Below are positions 1-12,445 of a DNA stretch of 64,000 bases, piece after piece. The stretch's first letter is position 1, and each line of letters starts with the position of its first letter. Source of the stretch: Podarcis filfolensis. Taxonomy: Eukaryota. The translations under genes and the position numbers were made by a program. The stretch lies in NCBI GenBank assembly GCA_964270895.1, contig OZ185453.1. One strand, 5' to 3'. The notes under the pieces were generated by a model. The model was not told where the DNA came from, ran no database searches, and saw only the letters and a list, made by a program, of their open reading frames with translations.

Positions 1-144
1 TTTGTCAGACGAGGGTCAAGTAGTCTCAGTAGCTGGGAGTTCCTATGGTTCATCAGATATGGCCATTCCTGCATCACGATGGCCTTTCTATACTTCTGCA
101 TAGTCTGGTACCCTCTCGTTTCAGTAACTGTAATGCACTCTACA

Positions 145-651
145 AACCTAGACAGCATCTTAAAAAGCAGAGGCATCACCTTGCCAACAAAGGTCCATAT
201 AGTTAAAGCTATGGTTTTCCAAGTTGTAATGTATGGAAGCGAGAGCTGGACCATAAAGAAGGCTGATCACCGAAGAATTGATGCTTTTGAATTATAGTGC
301 TGGAGGAGACTCTTGAGAGTCCCATGGACTGCAAGAAGATCAAACCTATCCATTCTGAAGGAAATCAGCCCTGAGTGCTCACTGGAAGGACAGATCGTGA
401 AGCTGAGGCTCCAATACTTTGGCCACCTCATGAGAAGAGAAGACTCCCTGGAAAAGACCCTGATGTTGGGAAAGATAGAGGGCACAAGGAGAAGGGGATG
501 ACAGAGGACGAGATGGTTGGAGAGTGTTCTCAAAGCTACCAGCATGAGTTTGACCAAACTGCGGGAGGCAGTGGAAGACAGGAATGCCTGGCGTGCTCTG
601 GTCCATGGGGTCACGAAGAGTCGGACACGACTAAACGACTAAACAACAAAC
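145..651 (+). mobile_element. RTE Bov-B LINE, 5'-truncated 3' fragment
   Basis: Translation TNLDSILKSRGITLPTKVHIVKAMVF...LRVPWTARRSNLSILKEISPECSLEG...KTLMLGKIEG matches the Bov-B ORF C-terminus as I recall it, with in-frame stops. (CAA)n-type tail. 13-bp TSD aatgcactctaca at 132-144 and 652-664. Confidence 0.95.
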
Positions 652-886
652 AATGCACTCTACACTGGGATGTCCTTGACAGTCTAGAAACTGTAGCTAG
701 TGCAGAAGGCCACTTCAGTGTGTGGTCATATAACCTGTAGCAGAAAGTTTGGTGGGGCAGAGCTACCTTCCCAACACCAGCATTGCAGCTACTTACTTGG
801 ATCAATATGGGGCAGGAAGGTGGGTGGTTGTTCTGGTAAAAAGCAGCAGGGCCAGTGTGGTGGGACTGGCTTTGCCCCCATCCCTA

Positions 887-1229
887 GTAAAGGTAAAGGG
901 ATCCCTGACCATTAGGTCCAGTCGTGGCCAACTCTGGGGTTGCGGCGCTCATCTCGCTTTATTGGCCGAGGGAGCCGGCGTACAGCTTCCAGGTCATGTG
1001 GCCAGCATGACTAAGCCGCTTCTGGCAAACCAGAGCAGCGAACGGAAATGCCGTTTACCTTCCCACTGGAGCGGTACCTTTTTATCTACTTGCACTTGAC
1101 ACGCTTTTGAACTGCTAGGTTGGCAGGAGCAGGGACTGAGCAATGGGAGCTCACCCTGTCGCGGGGATTCGAACCGCCGACCTTCTGATCGGCAAGTCCT
1201 AAGTTCTGTGGTTTAGCCCACAGAGCCAC
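887..1229 (-). mobile_element. Sauria SINE (POM/Squam1-like), near full length
   Basis: Minus strand has a tRNA-like head with B box ggttcgaatccc, the body shared with the other copies here, and an (ACCTTT)n tail. No clear TSD. Confidence 0.9.
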
Positions 1230-1254
1230 ACAACTGCTGCATAAAACAGCTACC

Positions 1255-1600
1255 TTGCAGAATCTGCACTGGCTGCTTATATGGAACCAGTTCGAGGTGC
1301 TAATTTTAAAATATAAAGCCTTTAATGATTTGGGACCTAGGTATCTCGTAAGAGCGCCTCTCCCCATATCAACAACCCGGGCCTTGAGATTTGGGGTAGG
1401 GGTGGGGAAGGCTGATTCTGCTGATGGGTATAGCTCATGGGGAGCCAAAGCAGGGCCTTCTCTGTAGTGGTACCTCACCTGCGGAACTCTGTCCCCTTAA
1501 AGGCGTGGATGGATTCAACAGCTTTGGGAGGCCATGTTTAGATTATTTTCTGCCTTACTTGCTTTCTCCATTGGTTTGTTGCTGTCTGACTGTGTTCTAT
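1255..1600 (+). mobile_element. Degenerate L2-type LINE 3' fragment
   Basis: Translation LHWLLIWNQFEVLILKYKAFNDLGPRYL resembles the LHWLPVRFRAQFKVLVLTFKALNGLGP of the younger L2 at 18 kb. Boundaries approximate. Confidence 0.65.
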
Positions 1601-1998
1601 TCATTTTACTGACATTGTCTTGCTTCCTATATGTGCACTATTCTAGAATAACTTGTAACAGAAAGTAGTGTGCAGAAGTCTTATATAAATAAACCTCTAT
1701 ATAAATAGACCTCTACAATACTGCATATTGTATTCCGTATCCCCAGTCATGGCCAGTGCCAGGGGGACAGGAAATCCCTCCCATCCACCAGAATTACTTC
1801 CTTTCTGTTTTCATAGCTAAGTTTCTGCCCGGCAAAACTACTGTAAGCTTCTACAGTGAAGTATATTTGTTCAATGGTGGGAAATCATCTCTTCGAATAC
1901 ATATCCTTAAAAATAATTCAGGCAATGAAAAGTTAAGCCTTGGAGGGGAGGGACCCAACATAATTGATTTTTAAGATGTTACTGTATTGAGGACAAGT

Positions 1999-2329
1999 TG
2001 TTGTTGTTTAGTCGTTTAGTCGTGTCCGACTCTTCGTGACCCCGTGGACCAGAGAACGCCAGGCACTCCTGTCTTCCACTGCCTCCCGCAGTTTGGTCAA
2101 ACTCATGCTGGTAGCTTCGAGAACACTGTCCCACCAACTCGTCCTGTCATCCCCTTCTCCTTGTGCCCTCCATCTTTCCCAACATCAGGGTCTTTTCCAG
2201 GGAGTCTTCTCTTCTCATGAGGTGGCCAAAGTATTGGAGCTTCAGCTTCAGGATCTGTCCTTCCAGATCAGGGCTGATTTCCTTAAGAATGGAGAGGTTT
2301 GATCTTCTTGCAGTCCATGGGACTCTCAA
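1999..2329 (-). mobile_element. RTE Bov-B LINE 3' fragment
   Basis: Reverse complement of the Bov-B 3' end (LRVPWTARRSNLSILKEISP...KTLMLGKMEG). 10-bp TSD gaggacaagt at 1989-1998 and 2330-2339. Confidence 0.95.
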
Positions 2330-4423
2330 GAGGACAAGTAAAAAGTGTAAAATGTGCTGGTCATAAAACACTCAAGACACACCAAGCTCACTTGTCCATC
2401 ACACCAGTGAATTGCCATCACCAAGATAGGATATACACACAAAAAAGTCCCTTTGACCATAACCTGATAATCTTATGTTGGTGACATTATTATAATGGTC
2501 ATGAAACATAAAAATGAGAAAAGAATTACATGAAACCACTCTTAGTGCATGCTGCTTTCCATAAACGAAGCTGCAATAAATTATATGTGCTTAGCTAAGA
2601 GTAAGTACTATCGAACTCAATGGAACCTACTTCTGAGTAGGTATGCATAGGATTGCACATTTTAAATATATCCAAAGAGCTGACCTAACTATATCTTGGC
2701 ATCACTTTCCCGAATCAGAAATGGCGTCCCTGCAGTCTATCATAGACTCCAGTGGACGAACAGGATACTCTCAGTCGAAGACCATCATATTCATAATGTA
2801 CATATTGCAATCCAAATGATAAAGGGGAGAGTTTGTTTCCATTTGACAGAAGGTGGGTAGGGGGATAAATATCATCTGGGAAGTTAAGTACTCCAGCCCA
2901 GTACTTAAAACTACAGTCCTGTGCACACATACCCAATAACAAACCCTATTAAACATAGTAGAATTTGCTTCTGGGAATTTAAAAACTCATGTGCTGCATG
3001 TGTGCAGTCCAACTCATGCTCAACTGAGAGTAAGATCCACTGAAGGCTTATTTCTGATTAAGTGTCCTTAGGACTGACCCAAAACAAAGGTACTATGAGA
3101 GGTAGAAATCATGACTAAGAGAATGAAATCTGGAGAAACCACAATATGTCAGCAGTTTCTAACTGTTCTGGACCAAGCTTCCCACTGGCCACATCCAATG
3201 CAGAATAGATGTCATCCAGATTTAGACAACTTCTATTTTTAAAACTGTAACATTGATAAAACTGGTTGGCAGCAGTTACCCCGAAAAACACTCCTCAACC
3301 CGAATCTTTGAAGCCAGGCTTTAAAATACGTTGATTATTTTGGGAATGGTCCCTAGTTCAGATGTATTTTTGGTCTGTCAACTTAAGATGTTTTATTCCT
3401 TCCTTTCCCTCCAGCCTTTGGTACTATCTTTAAAATACTCTTGTACAAACATGATCGGATCCTGTATACAGAAAGAATATGCAGCCAGGGGGAGGGAAGA
3501 CAAAGGAAGGCCTAGTGCTTGCATTCTGCAATTTGGGAAACCCAGTCACAGGCAGCAGAAATGCTTCTCAAATCAAATTACTCTGTGCTCTCTTCATATA
3601 TAGACCTGCAAACAACTGCTTGCCTGTGCGGAGTTTCCAGGCAGAGTGATTGTCGTTTGTCAAATAGTTTGGAATTCGCTTGTTTGTTTGAAACAAATGC
3701 TCGGGCCTGAGATTCTAGAGTTGTAATGTTTGTCACAGACACTTCATGACGCCAAATGAGAAAGGACTGGGACTACCTGCCTCTACAGGTAACCTTAAGG
3801 CTTCAAGAGAAACCAGGAAGTTGAGGTTGAATAACAATAATAGATCTATTGGGAGCTGGATTCCATGCCCAAGAAGGTAGATTGAAATCGGCTGCACTGG
3901 AAGGAATACAGACTTTTATCTGATTGAGCTGTATGACTTAATTAGATTTCTTTTCAACTCGATACAACCATCCTAGACTTCTACGCTCAGCAGTAATTAG
4001 GAACCGGTTTTTGCATTAAAGGCTCTTGGAAGTACCACGTCGCTTGGACGAGAAAGAGGAGTCTAGCCCAGCTAATATTTCTTTAAATATAGCTATGGTT
4101 ATACTTACAAGCCCATTTATGATGCGCAAGTGTGACATGCAATACACGCAACCCAGGCTTCTAGAGAATATTGTGCTTGCAGAGTACAGTAATATATTCA
4201 AATATCACAATCGGGTATGGCTTTCTCCCCTAAAGTTTTGGCAAAGGGCAGAAGCAGTCTAAATATATCCGACTTAAGGATCTGCCAGCGACATCTACTT
4301 TCATACAATTTCTTGTAGGAGATAACCATTTGCCTTTAGGCAGTGGCGTTACACTCATTTCCCCAGAATTTAGTTCAAGATGGCCTTTGAATGTTGTTCC
4401 CACGTGAACATTCACCACCGTAT

Positions 4424-4774
4424 TAAGGTAAAGGGACCCCTGACCATTAGGTCCAGTCGTGGCCGACTCTGGGGTTGCGGCGCTCATCTCACTTTATTAG
4501 CCAAGGGAGCTGGCGTACAGCTTCTGGGTCATGTGGCCAGCATGACTAAGCTGCTTCTGGCGAACCAGAGCAGTGCACGGAAATGCTGTTTATCTTCCCG
4601 CTGGAGCGGTACCTACTTATCTACTTGCACTCTGACGTGCTTTTGAACTGCTAGGTTGGCAGGAGCAGGGACCGAGCAACAGGAGCTCACCCGTGGCAGG
4701 GATTCGAACCGCCGACCTTCTGATCGGCAAGTCCTAGGCTCTGTGGTTTAAGCCACAGCGCCACCCGCGTCCCC
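4424..4774 (-). mobile_element. Sauria SINE, full length
   Basis: Head gggacgcgggtggcgctgtgg through ACCTTT tail. TSD tcac(c/t)accgtat at 4412-4423 and 4775-4786. Confidence 0.93.
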
Positions 4775-5951
4775 TCACTACCGTATAATGGCACATAAAT
4801 AACTTTTGTGTCTGAATGAGCCATTGTAGCTATAGAGTCCCACTTGGTGTGCTCTGAAACATCTACATGAAGACACCGGGTTGAGGTCATTGGGTGATCT
4901 GGGCTGGGATGAGATCAGTTTGCACAACAGCTTCTACGGATGCCAATTTGTTTCTGGTGCCGGGTTTCACTGCCACTTATATGGATTGGGCCCAATAACT
5001 TTTCGCTTCTTCTGAGATCCTTCTCTCTATTATCCCATGATATGCAAGACAGTGCCTTTTTGGTTGTGTTGCCCAGAATGTAGAAAACAAAACCCCCTCC
5101 CTAGCCTGGTATTACCTGCGTTTAAGTGAGCTTTGAAAACTCTTTAAGTGGGGTATTTTTAAAGTTGGGATTTGCTGCAAAACATAGCAAATAAAAATAC
5201 TTATGAAACTTAAAAGTGCATGTTCAGACTTTGGGTAACTCTACAATGGAAAACATTCTTGTCTGTCACCATGAAGGCTAGAACATATTTTCCCCCAAAT
5301 GACTAAAATAATAAAAATCTGAGAAGTAGCAACAGGATGTACAAAAATACCTTGAGACCTATATGTGGTTTATCATATGCCAAATGTTGCTCAATACTTA
5401 AGCGGGGAGGGAATCTCTAGATGGTGACATGTTGTCCCTGTCGCTGAACACTTCCAGTTTCTTCCCCCACTCCCAGTTATTAATAAGCTCAGCCACACTG
5501 AGATACCATCAAGCAATCGAAGTAGCTATATCCTCAATTATCCAGTCATCCTTCTGCGATTTATTATCCTAAAGGAAAATTCTGTGTCAACAACCAAGCC
5601 AGGACAAAACTGGAAAAGCATCTCCAATAGTTTCAGCAGTTGCCATCAGTGCCAACTTTTAAATACCTGCTGAAAACTTTTTCTCTGCCAGGCCTATACA
5701 GGCCATTAAGTATACAACAGATAGTTGATCTCTGATTTTTTAAATAAATAAATGGATTTCCATTGTATGGCTTTATTTATGACTGTTGTAAACTGCTCTG
5801 ACATCTTTAATGGAAAGCTGTATGCAAATACTGTTATTAATAAATCAGTAAATGGTGCATAAACCCTAGAGGTCTACATTTCACACTTCCCCCATCAATA
5901 GCCTGTTACCCCAAAATCTGATCTACACTGCAGGGTAATGATTATTTAGAC

Positions 5952-6058
5952 CAGGCACGTCCAACTTCCAAGAGCCAAAACTGTTGAGCTTTTTGGGGGG
6001 GAGAGAGCCAGTATTGGCCAGGATCAATCAAGAACACCCCAAGATCAACCAGTAGATT
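5952..6058. mobile_element. Probable hAT-type element, left end only
   Basis: Begins caggcacgtccaac, resembling the termini of other hAT MITEs in the window. No right end or TSD visible. Confidence 0.4.
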
Positions 6059-6182
6059 GCGGGTGGCACTGTGCGTTAAACCACAGAGCCTAGGACTTGC
6101 CGATCAGAAGGTCGGCGGTTCCAATCCCCGCAATGGGGTGAGCTCCCGTTGCTCAGTCCCTGCTCCTGCCAACCTAGCAGTT
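6059..6182 (+). mobile_element. Sauria SINE 5' half, 3'-truncated
   Basis: gcgggtggcactgtgcgttaaaccacagagcctagg...ctgccaacctagcagtt matches the SINE head, then similarity stops abruptly. Confidence 0.85.
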
Positions 6183-6501
6183 TGGATTGCCGAAAATCAC
6201 TCACCCACCTGACCTACACTGCCACTCACGTGTGCGTCCCAAAAATCAAACTTGCACCTGCCCCCTCGCTGGCAGAAGCCGCCAATAACCCGCCAAATTG
6301 CCGCAGCAACAGCAAATCAACACCAGCCCTTGCCACAGCCACCAACAACACGCCCGTTAGGCGCTGACAATCTCCAGGTCGCGGCAACAACCAATCAATC
6401 CCACGTCCCCCCAATGTTACTATCCATGTATAAGACGACCTCCCTTTTTTTGACATAATTTTCAAAGAAAAAAGCCTCGTCTTATACACAGAAAAGTACG
6501 G
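6183..6501. mobile_element. Tc1/mariner superfamily (Tc2/pogo-like) non-autonomous element, one terminus
   Basis: Ends cgtcttatacacagaaaagtacgg followed by TA. Subterminal inverted pair gtataagacg / cgtcttatac. The other terminus is missing. Confidence 0.6.
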
Positions 6502-7906
6502 TATGTTTGCAACAGGAGCAGGAAACCTGATTTTTAAAAAGAAATGGTATTAAATTAAGAAATTTGGTATAATTTGTAAAAAAAAAAAAAACCTAATAGA
6601 AATAATTTGAAAAATAGCTTTGAAAAATAGCTTAAAGCTTTGACCAAAATGGCATCACATAGGAGGGCGGGAGGAAAGAACTGTCATATTCCGGCTTCAT
6701 TTTTAAGATTATAGCTGTTGTTGTTGTTGTTGATGTTGTTTACAACGGTGCACAACTTCTCTCCGGCACGCATGAGAATAAGAATAAGCTCACTTTCGCC
6801 TGATCTATTTGGAATGTGGAATGCTACAGCAGGCAGCCTTGGCTAATTACAGCCCGTGTTAAATAGTTAAGATAAATGCAATTCTAAAGTGGTAATCCTA
6901 TGCAAACTTTCGTCTGAAGCGGGTCCCAGAGAACTGAGTGGCAGTAAGGGTACACAGGATCAGGCTTCAAACGAGTCTAGGTCTAAAGTGTAAAAAAGGG
7001 ATGTGCTTGTTTGAGCCGCTTGATTTAATTGTTTTTTTTTTAATCATTTAAAGTCGTAATGCGCTATATATTTTTCATAGCCTGTCAACTGCTCAGTAAT
7101 AAGGGTGGTATACAAATGTTCACAAATAAACACAATATTCCCTAATAATAATGTTTGTTGCCTTCATGTATTAAACCCAAACCTGCTGGAGAGCACAATT
7201 ACTTTATTAGAACCGAAACTGAAGCCTTTAGCAAAGGGGTGGGGGGAAGTAAATATGCAGTTGGATACCTTGTGCTTGAAAATTTCCAATCCACAGCTGT
7301 GCTTAATAGCAAATTAGAATAGCAGATGCTAATAAATTTCCAAACAGCTCATTAATTATTGTAGCCACCTTGGGCCATCACCAGATCCACAATTTGGCCA
7401 TATGTTTTGCGGGGGGTGCGGGCTTTACACAGCGCAAACAGAAGAAGAAATCAAAGGAAAGGAAATCTAAGAGAATATGGTCTTTTCAGCGCGCCGCGTG
7501 GATGATAATATAACAGCGTGGAGGTTGGGATGAACCGCTTGTGTATACAAACTGGTGGGAGATGGAAAGACACTTGTGAATGAGCAAGTCAGCTGAGGAA
7601 CAGAGTTTTCCGTTTTCCTTTTGAAATAAGGAAGGCACACAGGGATGAATCTAGAATGTATTTTTGGAATGTTTATACACATATATACAACACACACAGG
7701 CACATAACGTTTCGCAATCGGTTACCCTGAGAGAGGGATATGTCAGAAGAAACCATCTGAAGACCAAATACAGAAAGAGAACGCTTATGATAAATTGCAT
7801 TAATCAGTCGTTTCAAGCAGCCCAGGAAGCAAGCCCACGGAAGAAAAAGTGGTGCTACAACAAAAACACAAACGAAAACCATTCGAAGAATTGCTTTTAT
7901 GGAACA

Positions 7907-8103
7907 AAACAAAAAAAAATTTTTTCTTCCAGTAGCACCTTAAAGACCAACTAAGTTAGTTCTTGGTATGAGCTTTCGTGTGCATGCACACGAAAGCTCA
8001 TACCAAGAACTAACTTAGTTGGTCTTTAAGGTGCTACTGGAAGAAAAAAATTTTTTTTTGTTTTGACTATGGCAGACCAACACGGCTACCTATCTGTAAC
8101 TGG
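7907..8103. mobile_element. Penelope-like element LTR fragment with inverted duplication
   Basis: Perfect inverted repeat 7920-8049 centred on gtgtgcatgcacac, followed by the same 3' sequence as the 14.1 kb copy (cagaccaacacggctacct). 12-bp TSD ttttatggaaca at 7895-7906 and 8104-8115. Confidence 0.8.
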
Positions 8104-8266
8104 TTTTATGGAACAGGCACATCTGACTGTTAAAAAGTTAACTGCTGGGACAATGCTTTTTGCTCAATGGAAAGCTGCTTCCTGCGCTTCTTGGAACTGC
8201 TTGGCTTCCACTGAACACATGAGGTACCCTGTTTTCCCTCATAATGACCTCATGAAGTGGGTTAGA

Positions 8267-8422
8267 CTGGGGTCTTCAACTGGTGGGTCATGGTGCGATC
8301 AGGTGGATCGCACCAGAAGCAAAACCACCACTCACATATATGTTAAAAGGTTAAGAAATGGGTACCCAAATGCATGCTGGGGTTAAAAGTGGGTCGTGGG
8401 TCTGAAAAGGTCGAATATACTT
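8267..8422. mobile_element. hAT (Charlie-like) MITE
   Basis: Perfect 8-bp TSD gggttaga at 8259-8266 and 8423-8430. Degenerate TIRs ctggggtcttcaac / ggtcgaatatactt. Confidence 0.7.
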
Positions 8423-8450
8423 GGGTTAGACACTGATAGCAATTGCTCAG

Positions 8451-8855
8451 TAGAGCTGGGTGGTATCTGGTTTTCAACATCGTGATATATCACCAGTTAA
8501 ACATAACGATATACTGATATATCACAGTCTCTGAAATAAGGATGGAGCCATGTAGAGGCATTGGCCCGGCTTCACGGTTTTTCCCGCATCATGATTTTTG
8601 CCAGCGTCTGCTCTTGTGATTCGCTGCTCCCTGCGGGAGACAGCTGAGCTGACAGAGTTAACAGAGGTGGCAGAAACCGAGAGAAGCACTGGCTGGCTTC
8701 ACAGTTTTCCCCAATTGTGATTTTTGCATAGCCCGCATGCATGAAGACACATCATGATTCGCACTATACTACCAGGTCAAAAATTATGAAACCAATGTCA
8801 CAATATGGACTTCAGACCAGTTTTGGACGATACAACAATATATTGCCCAACCCTG
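8451..8855. mobile_element. hAT non-autonomous element
   Basis: Termini tagagctgggtggtat / atattgcccaaccctg. 8-bp TSD tt(g/a)ctcag at 8443-8450 and 8856-8863. Confidence 0.7.
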
Positions 8856-9825
8856 TTACTCAGTGAGCTTCCAGACAAAGAGACAAGCCAGAATACTGGC
8901 TTGCTTCTACAGCAGTGGGACTTGTGGTTGTGTGTGCAGCTCTCTCTTGCACTTACAAGCTATAGTGTTTCCTGAACAATAATCATTAAGGGGAGGGGGG
9001 TGAAGATGACTATGACCAAGGCATAGTAAGCCAATTGGCAAGGTTCTGGGAATGCCTTGGTGAAAAGAGATAGGCATGTGTGTGTCAGAAGGCTATCTTC
9101 TGTCCGCACCTGTCAAATCTGAGGTCCGGCAATGCCAAAGAGCAGCAGGTTATTCCATCATCAACAATGGAAATCTGGTCAGTTATATGATGTTGGTTCT
9201 CTTCGTTTTCATATGGCTGGGGTGGGAGGAAAACTGCAATTGCCATAACTGCGGCTGATGAAACTTCCTTAAGGGATGAAGGATCTCAGCTGTCAAAATC
9301 ATTAGTTACCTACTTTGTCCAGCCATAACCAAGATATAATTCTCTTCTCGCTGCGCCTATGTTAACACCCATGTGTTGCCAGTGGGAAAGTCAGTATCCC
9401 TTTCTCGCATAATCACATTCTTCCCCCCTCCATACTCTGCCTCCCCCCAAACTTGGTGTAGAATGCTGTCTCACATACACACAAATTGTGTTCCAAGATT
9501 AATTCACTCTGACGTTCCTCTTGCCAACATATTTTTCATTTGTAGTTGCATCTCCTACACTTTAGACTCTGAGTGCTTAGGGGGACGGGGATTCACCTCG
9601 TCTATGCGTATAATTGCTACAACCCATTCTGACACCTCTTGGGATAATGCAGAGCATCAATTAAAACTACTTATATCTCCGATGCTTCATCCTGTTGAAG
9701 GCATTTGTTCCTTTGAGATGTTTCCACACTGAGATTTTTGCTGATGGCAGGAAATCAGTCAGAAGCCCATCTCTGGTGAGTCTGATTATACTGAACCTGG
9801 AAGCAAACTTTGCAGGAGACCCTAC

Positions 9826-9920
9826 AGCAGCCTTCATCAACCTGGTGCCCTCCAGATGTTTTGAGCTACAACTCCCACCAGTCACAGCCAGCAAACATCT
9901 GGAGGGCTGATGAAGGCTGC
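9826..9920. mobile_element. Short palindromic MITE (hAT-like), internally deleted
   Basis: 13-bp perfect TIR gcagccttcatca / tgatgaaggctgc. Internal ccagatgtttt...ctacaactccc motif shared with copies at 47.4, 58.6 and 60.3 kb. Confidence 0.7.
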
Positions 9921-10550
9921 CCTAGAGAACTCTCTTCAGCCAGTCAGCAAAACCCATGGCCGGAGCTGATGCAAGCTGGAGTCCAGAAACATCTAGAATG
10001 GATCATTAATCAGAGTTTATAGCAAGCCGGACAACCCAAGTTTGTGTGTTCTCCCTACTATAATTAAAGTTCTGTGGCCAGGTATTCCAAAAGAAGATGT
10101 TGTTTCGGCATGCCGTATACATTAAGCAAATGAAGCAGATTTACATAATTGTCTTATTTTTGCCAATTTTTACTATTTTGGGTAATTAATTGGGGAGGGG
10201 CAAAAAGGAACCGGAGCCCCACTCTCAGCACCTAGAAATCAGCAACCTCTTTAGCTTCAGAGATTCCAGCGGGCATCGCACACAATGTTTTCAAGCATAT
10301 CTTTGCAGTTATTAAAAACTTGCTGGGGAAAAATATGAAACCTGAGATTCTCAGGGATCTGGATGCATCTGAACCATTGCAGATGCACTGCTCTGCTTGT
10401 ATCACTCCTTTTCCATAAATATGCGGTTGCTTCTTTGAAAGAGGATATTGATTGAGGACCCGAATCTGGTCACAAGCTGGCTTAATTATCTTGAATACTG
10501 TAACTCCATAAGTGCTAACATAGAAAAGGCTGGCAGCAAAACTGCCCAAC

Positions 10551-10588
<38 letters not shown>

Positions 10589-10619
10589 GTTATTATTATT
10601 ATTTATTATTATTTATTAT
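10551..10619. repeat. (TTA)n microsatellite, possibly an L2 tail remnant
   Basis: Visible TTA array, followed by sequence resembling a minus-strand L2 3' end. Confidence 0.85.
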
Positions 10620-12445
10620 ATACTGCTGTTCATCTGAATATCTCAGGGCAGTTCACAAGATTAAACATCAATTGCTCATTGGCAACCTTCATATACATGA
10701 ACTGATAAAAGTCAGTGCTTTCCACTTTGCAGTCAGAAAGGAGAGATACAGGAAAGCACAGGGAAAGTCATGCAAAACCCAAAGATACTCAATTTAAAAT
10801 GCCAACCAGCTCAGTGTAACTGCTCAGCAGGCTACTAAAGCAAAGCAAAGTATATCACTGCAAACACACACACACACATATGCAAACCCCAAAGGCATAT
10901 TTCAAGCATCACATTGCAACAGAGCATCTTGTTCAATGCTATTGGGAACTCCTTGTTCTAAACCACCAAGGGAAAAAACCAACTGCCAAATTTCACCAGG
11001 GCAATGATGAAGAAATGTTGCAGCAGCTCAAGTCAACTCAGACACTACAAATGTGTATACATAGAGCAGAGCTTTCCAAACTGTGTGTTGCGCGACACGT
11101 CAGTGTGTTGGTGTGTCATGCGAATGCTCTTTTAAGAGGTCAGCTTGCTGGGAAATTACTGTCTCACGAAATGACGCCTGTCTAAAAAGCGTGTCGCCAA
11201 CATTAAAAGTATACACATACACACACGTGTGTGTGTTTCTGTCTCAGTAGATTTTGCCCCAAAGTAGCAGGTGCTAGTTTCACTGCAATAAATCGAAGCG
11301 CTACTGTACTCTGGCTGTTTGGCAGCTCTCATACACTTCAGCGGAGCTGAGGATAACTTTCTGATGGATTGTGCCCAAAGTAAGCAAAAACTAAAAAAAG
11401 GAATGGGAGAAAAACCCAGGTCAAAAGACATCTGCATCAACATTAGCCCAATTCTCTTCAGCCGACGTTGCTGTCAATTACAAAAAAAGGGGGCAGGGGA
11501 AAGATACTCTGGGGGGGGGGGCTGTTTAACCCTGCACACCTTGTACTTACTTTCCTTTTTAATTTTCCTGAGAGCTATACAATGCATCACGCCCTTGGCA
11601 GGTTCAGAGTGCTTCGAAGGCACTGTGGGATGCTCTCAGCCCCAAAACTGGCCAGTGGCAAAGGTGCGCTGTAATGCAAATGCAGCTGTGATATACCACA
11701 CATCAGTGTATTATGAATCTGTCCTCCTGGGATTTTGTTCAAGTCGGGTTTGCATTACCACAAACCTCGGTGCAGAAGAATCTAGGATGCCTACCTAACA
11801 TGGGCCAAACAGACCCAGATGGTGCTACCGTGAGCTTTGCTGGGGCTATAATGAACTGCGGGGTTGAGTCACATGTCTGAAAAAGAGCAAGGAGGAAAAA
11901 GGAGAAATGGGTGATCCCATATGGAGCTACAATGGAGCTCTCTGTGTCATTATCAAGGCCATCTCTCTCAATCCATTCTTAACTGATCTTACGGCCAGCG
12001 AGACAAGCACTATTTTCTACTGAAGGAAGAACTGCGGATAGTCTTTCATTGCAGAGGTTGCTCTGCAAACGATCCAGGACCCAAAGTTAGATAGCATCAT
12101 ACAGGACATGGGGTGTGTGTGTGTGTGTGTGTGTGTGTCTTATGAACAATAAACAAAAAAACAGGGCCACCCATTACAACCAGAAGTGTTCTGAAGTACA
12201 CTCCTATACATGTCTACTCAAAGCACAGCTGGACGGGGCTTACTCTGTAAGTAACTGTGCATCAGATTGCAGCCTAACTCAGCCCATCAAATTTTGCTGA
12301 TACTTTCTAATTTAGCAAGTGGAAAGCAGAAAGTAAGCCATGCAACCACTGGTTATTGGGTTGTTCTTATTTTTGTTTTGATGGTGTATCTTGCAGTTTT
12401 ATATTTTGATTTTATTCTGTGAACCACACTGGTTATAGGGTGGTA

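Noticed and set aside
2715-2956. Protein-like minus-strand ORFs (GVLNFPDDIYPP..., LEYLTSQMIF...)
   Set aside because: Short, overlapping in two frames, and no identifiable family.
4106-4160. Minus-strand exon-shaped segment (ctctAG ... GTAAGT)
   Set aside because: Isolated, and no frame gives a peptide I recognise.
7920-8049. miRNA precursor or CRISPR-like repeat
   Set aside because: The hairpin is explained by an inverted Penelope LTR inside a TSD. There is no repeat-spacer array anywhere, and the DNA is eukaryotic.
10232-11798. ORFs of 100-159 aa (10232-10549, 10880-11185, 11319-11798)
   Set aside because: No recognisable domains. They run through simple repeats or TE fragments and lack consistent splice signals.
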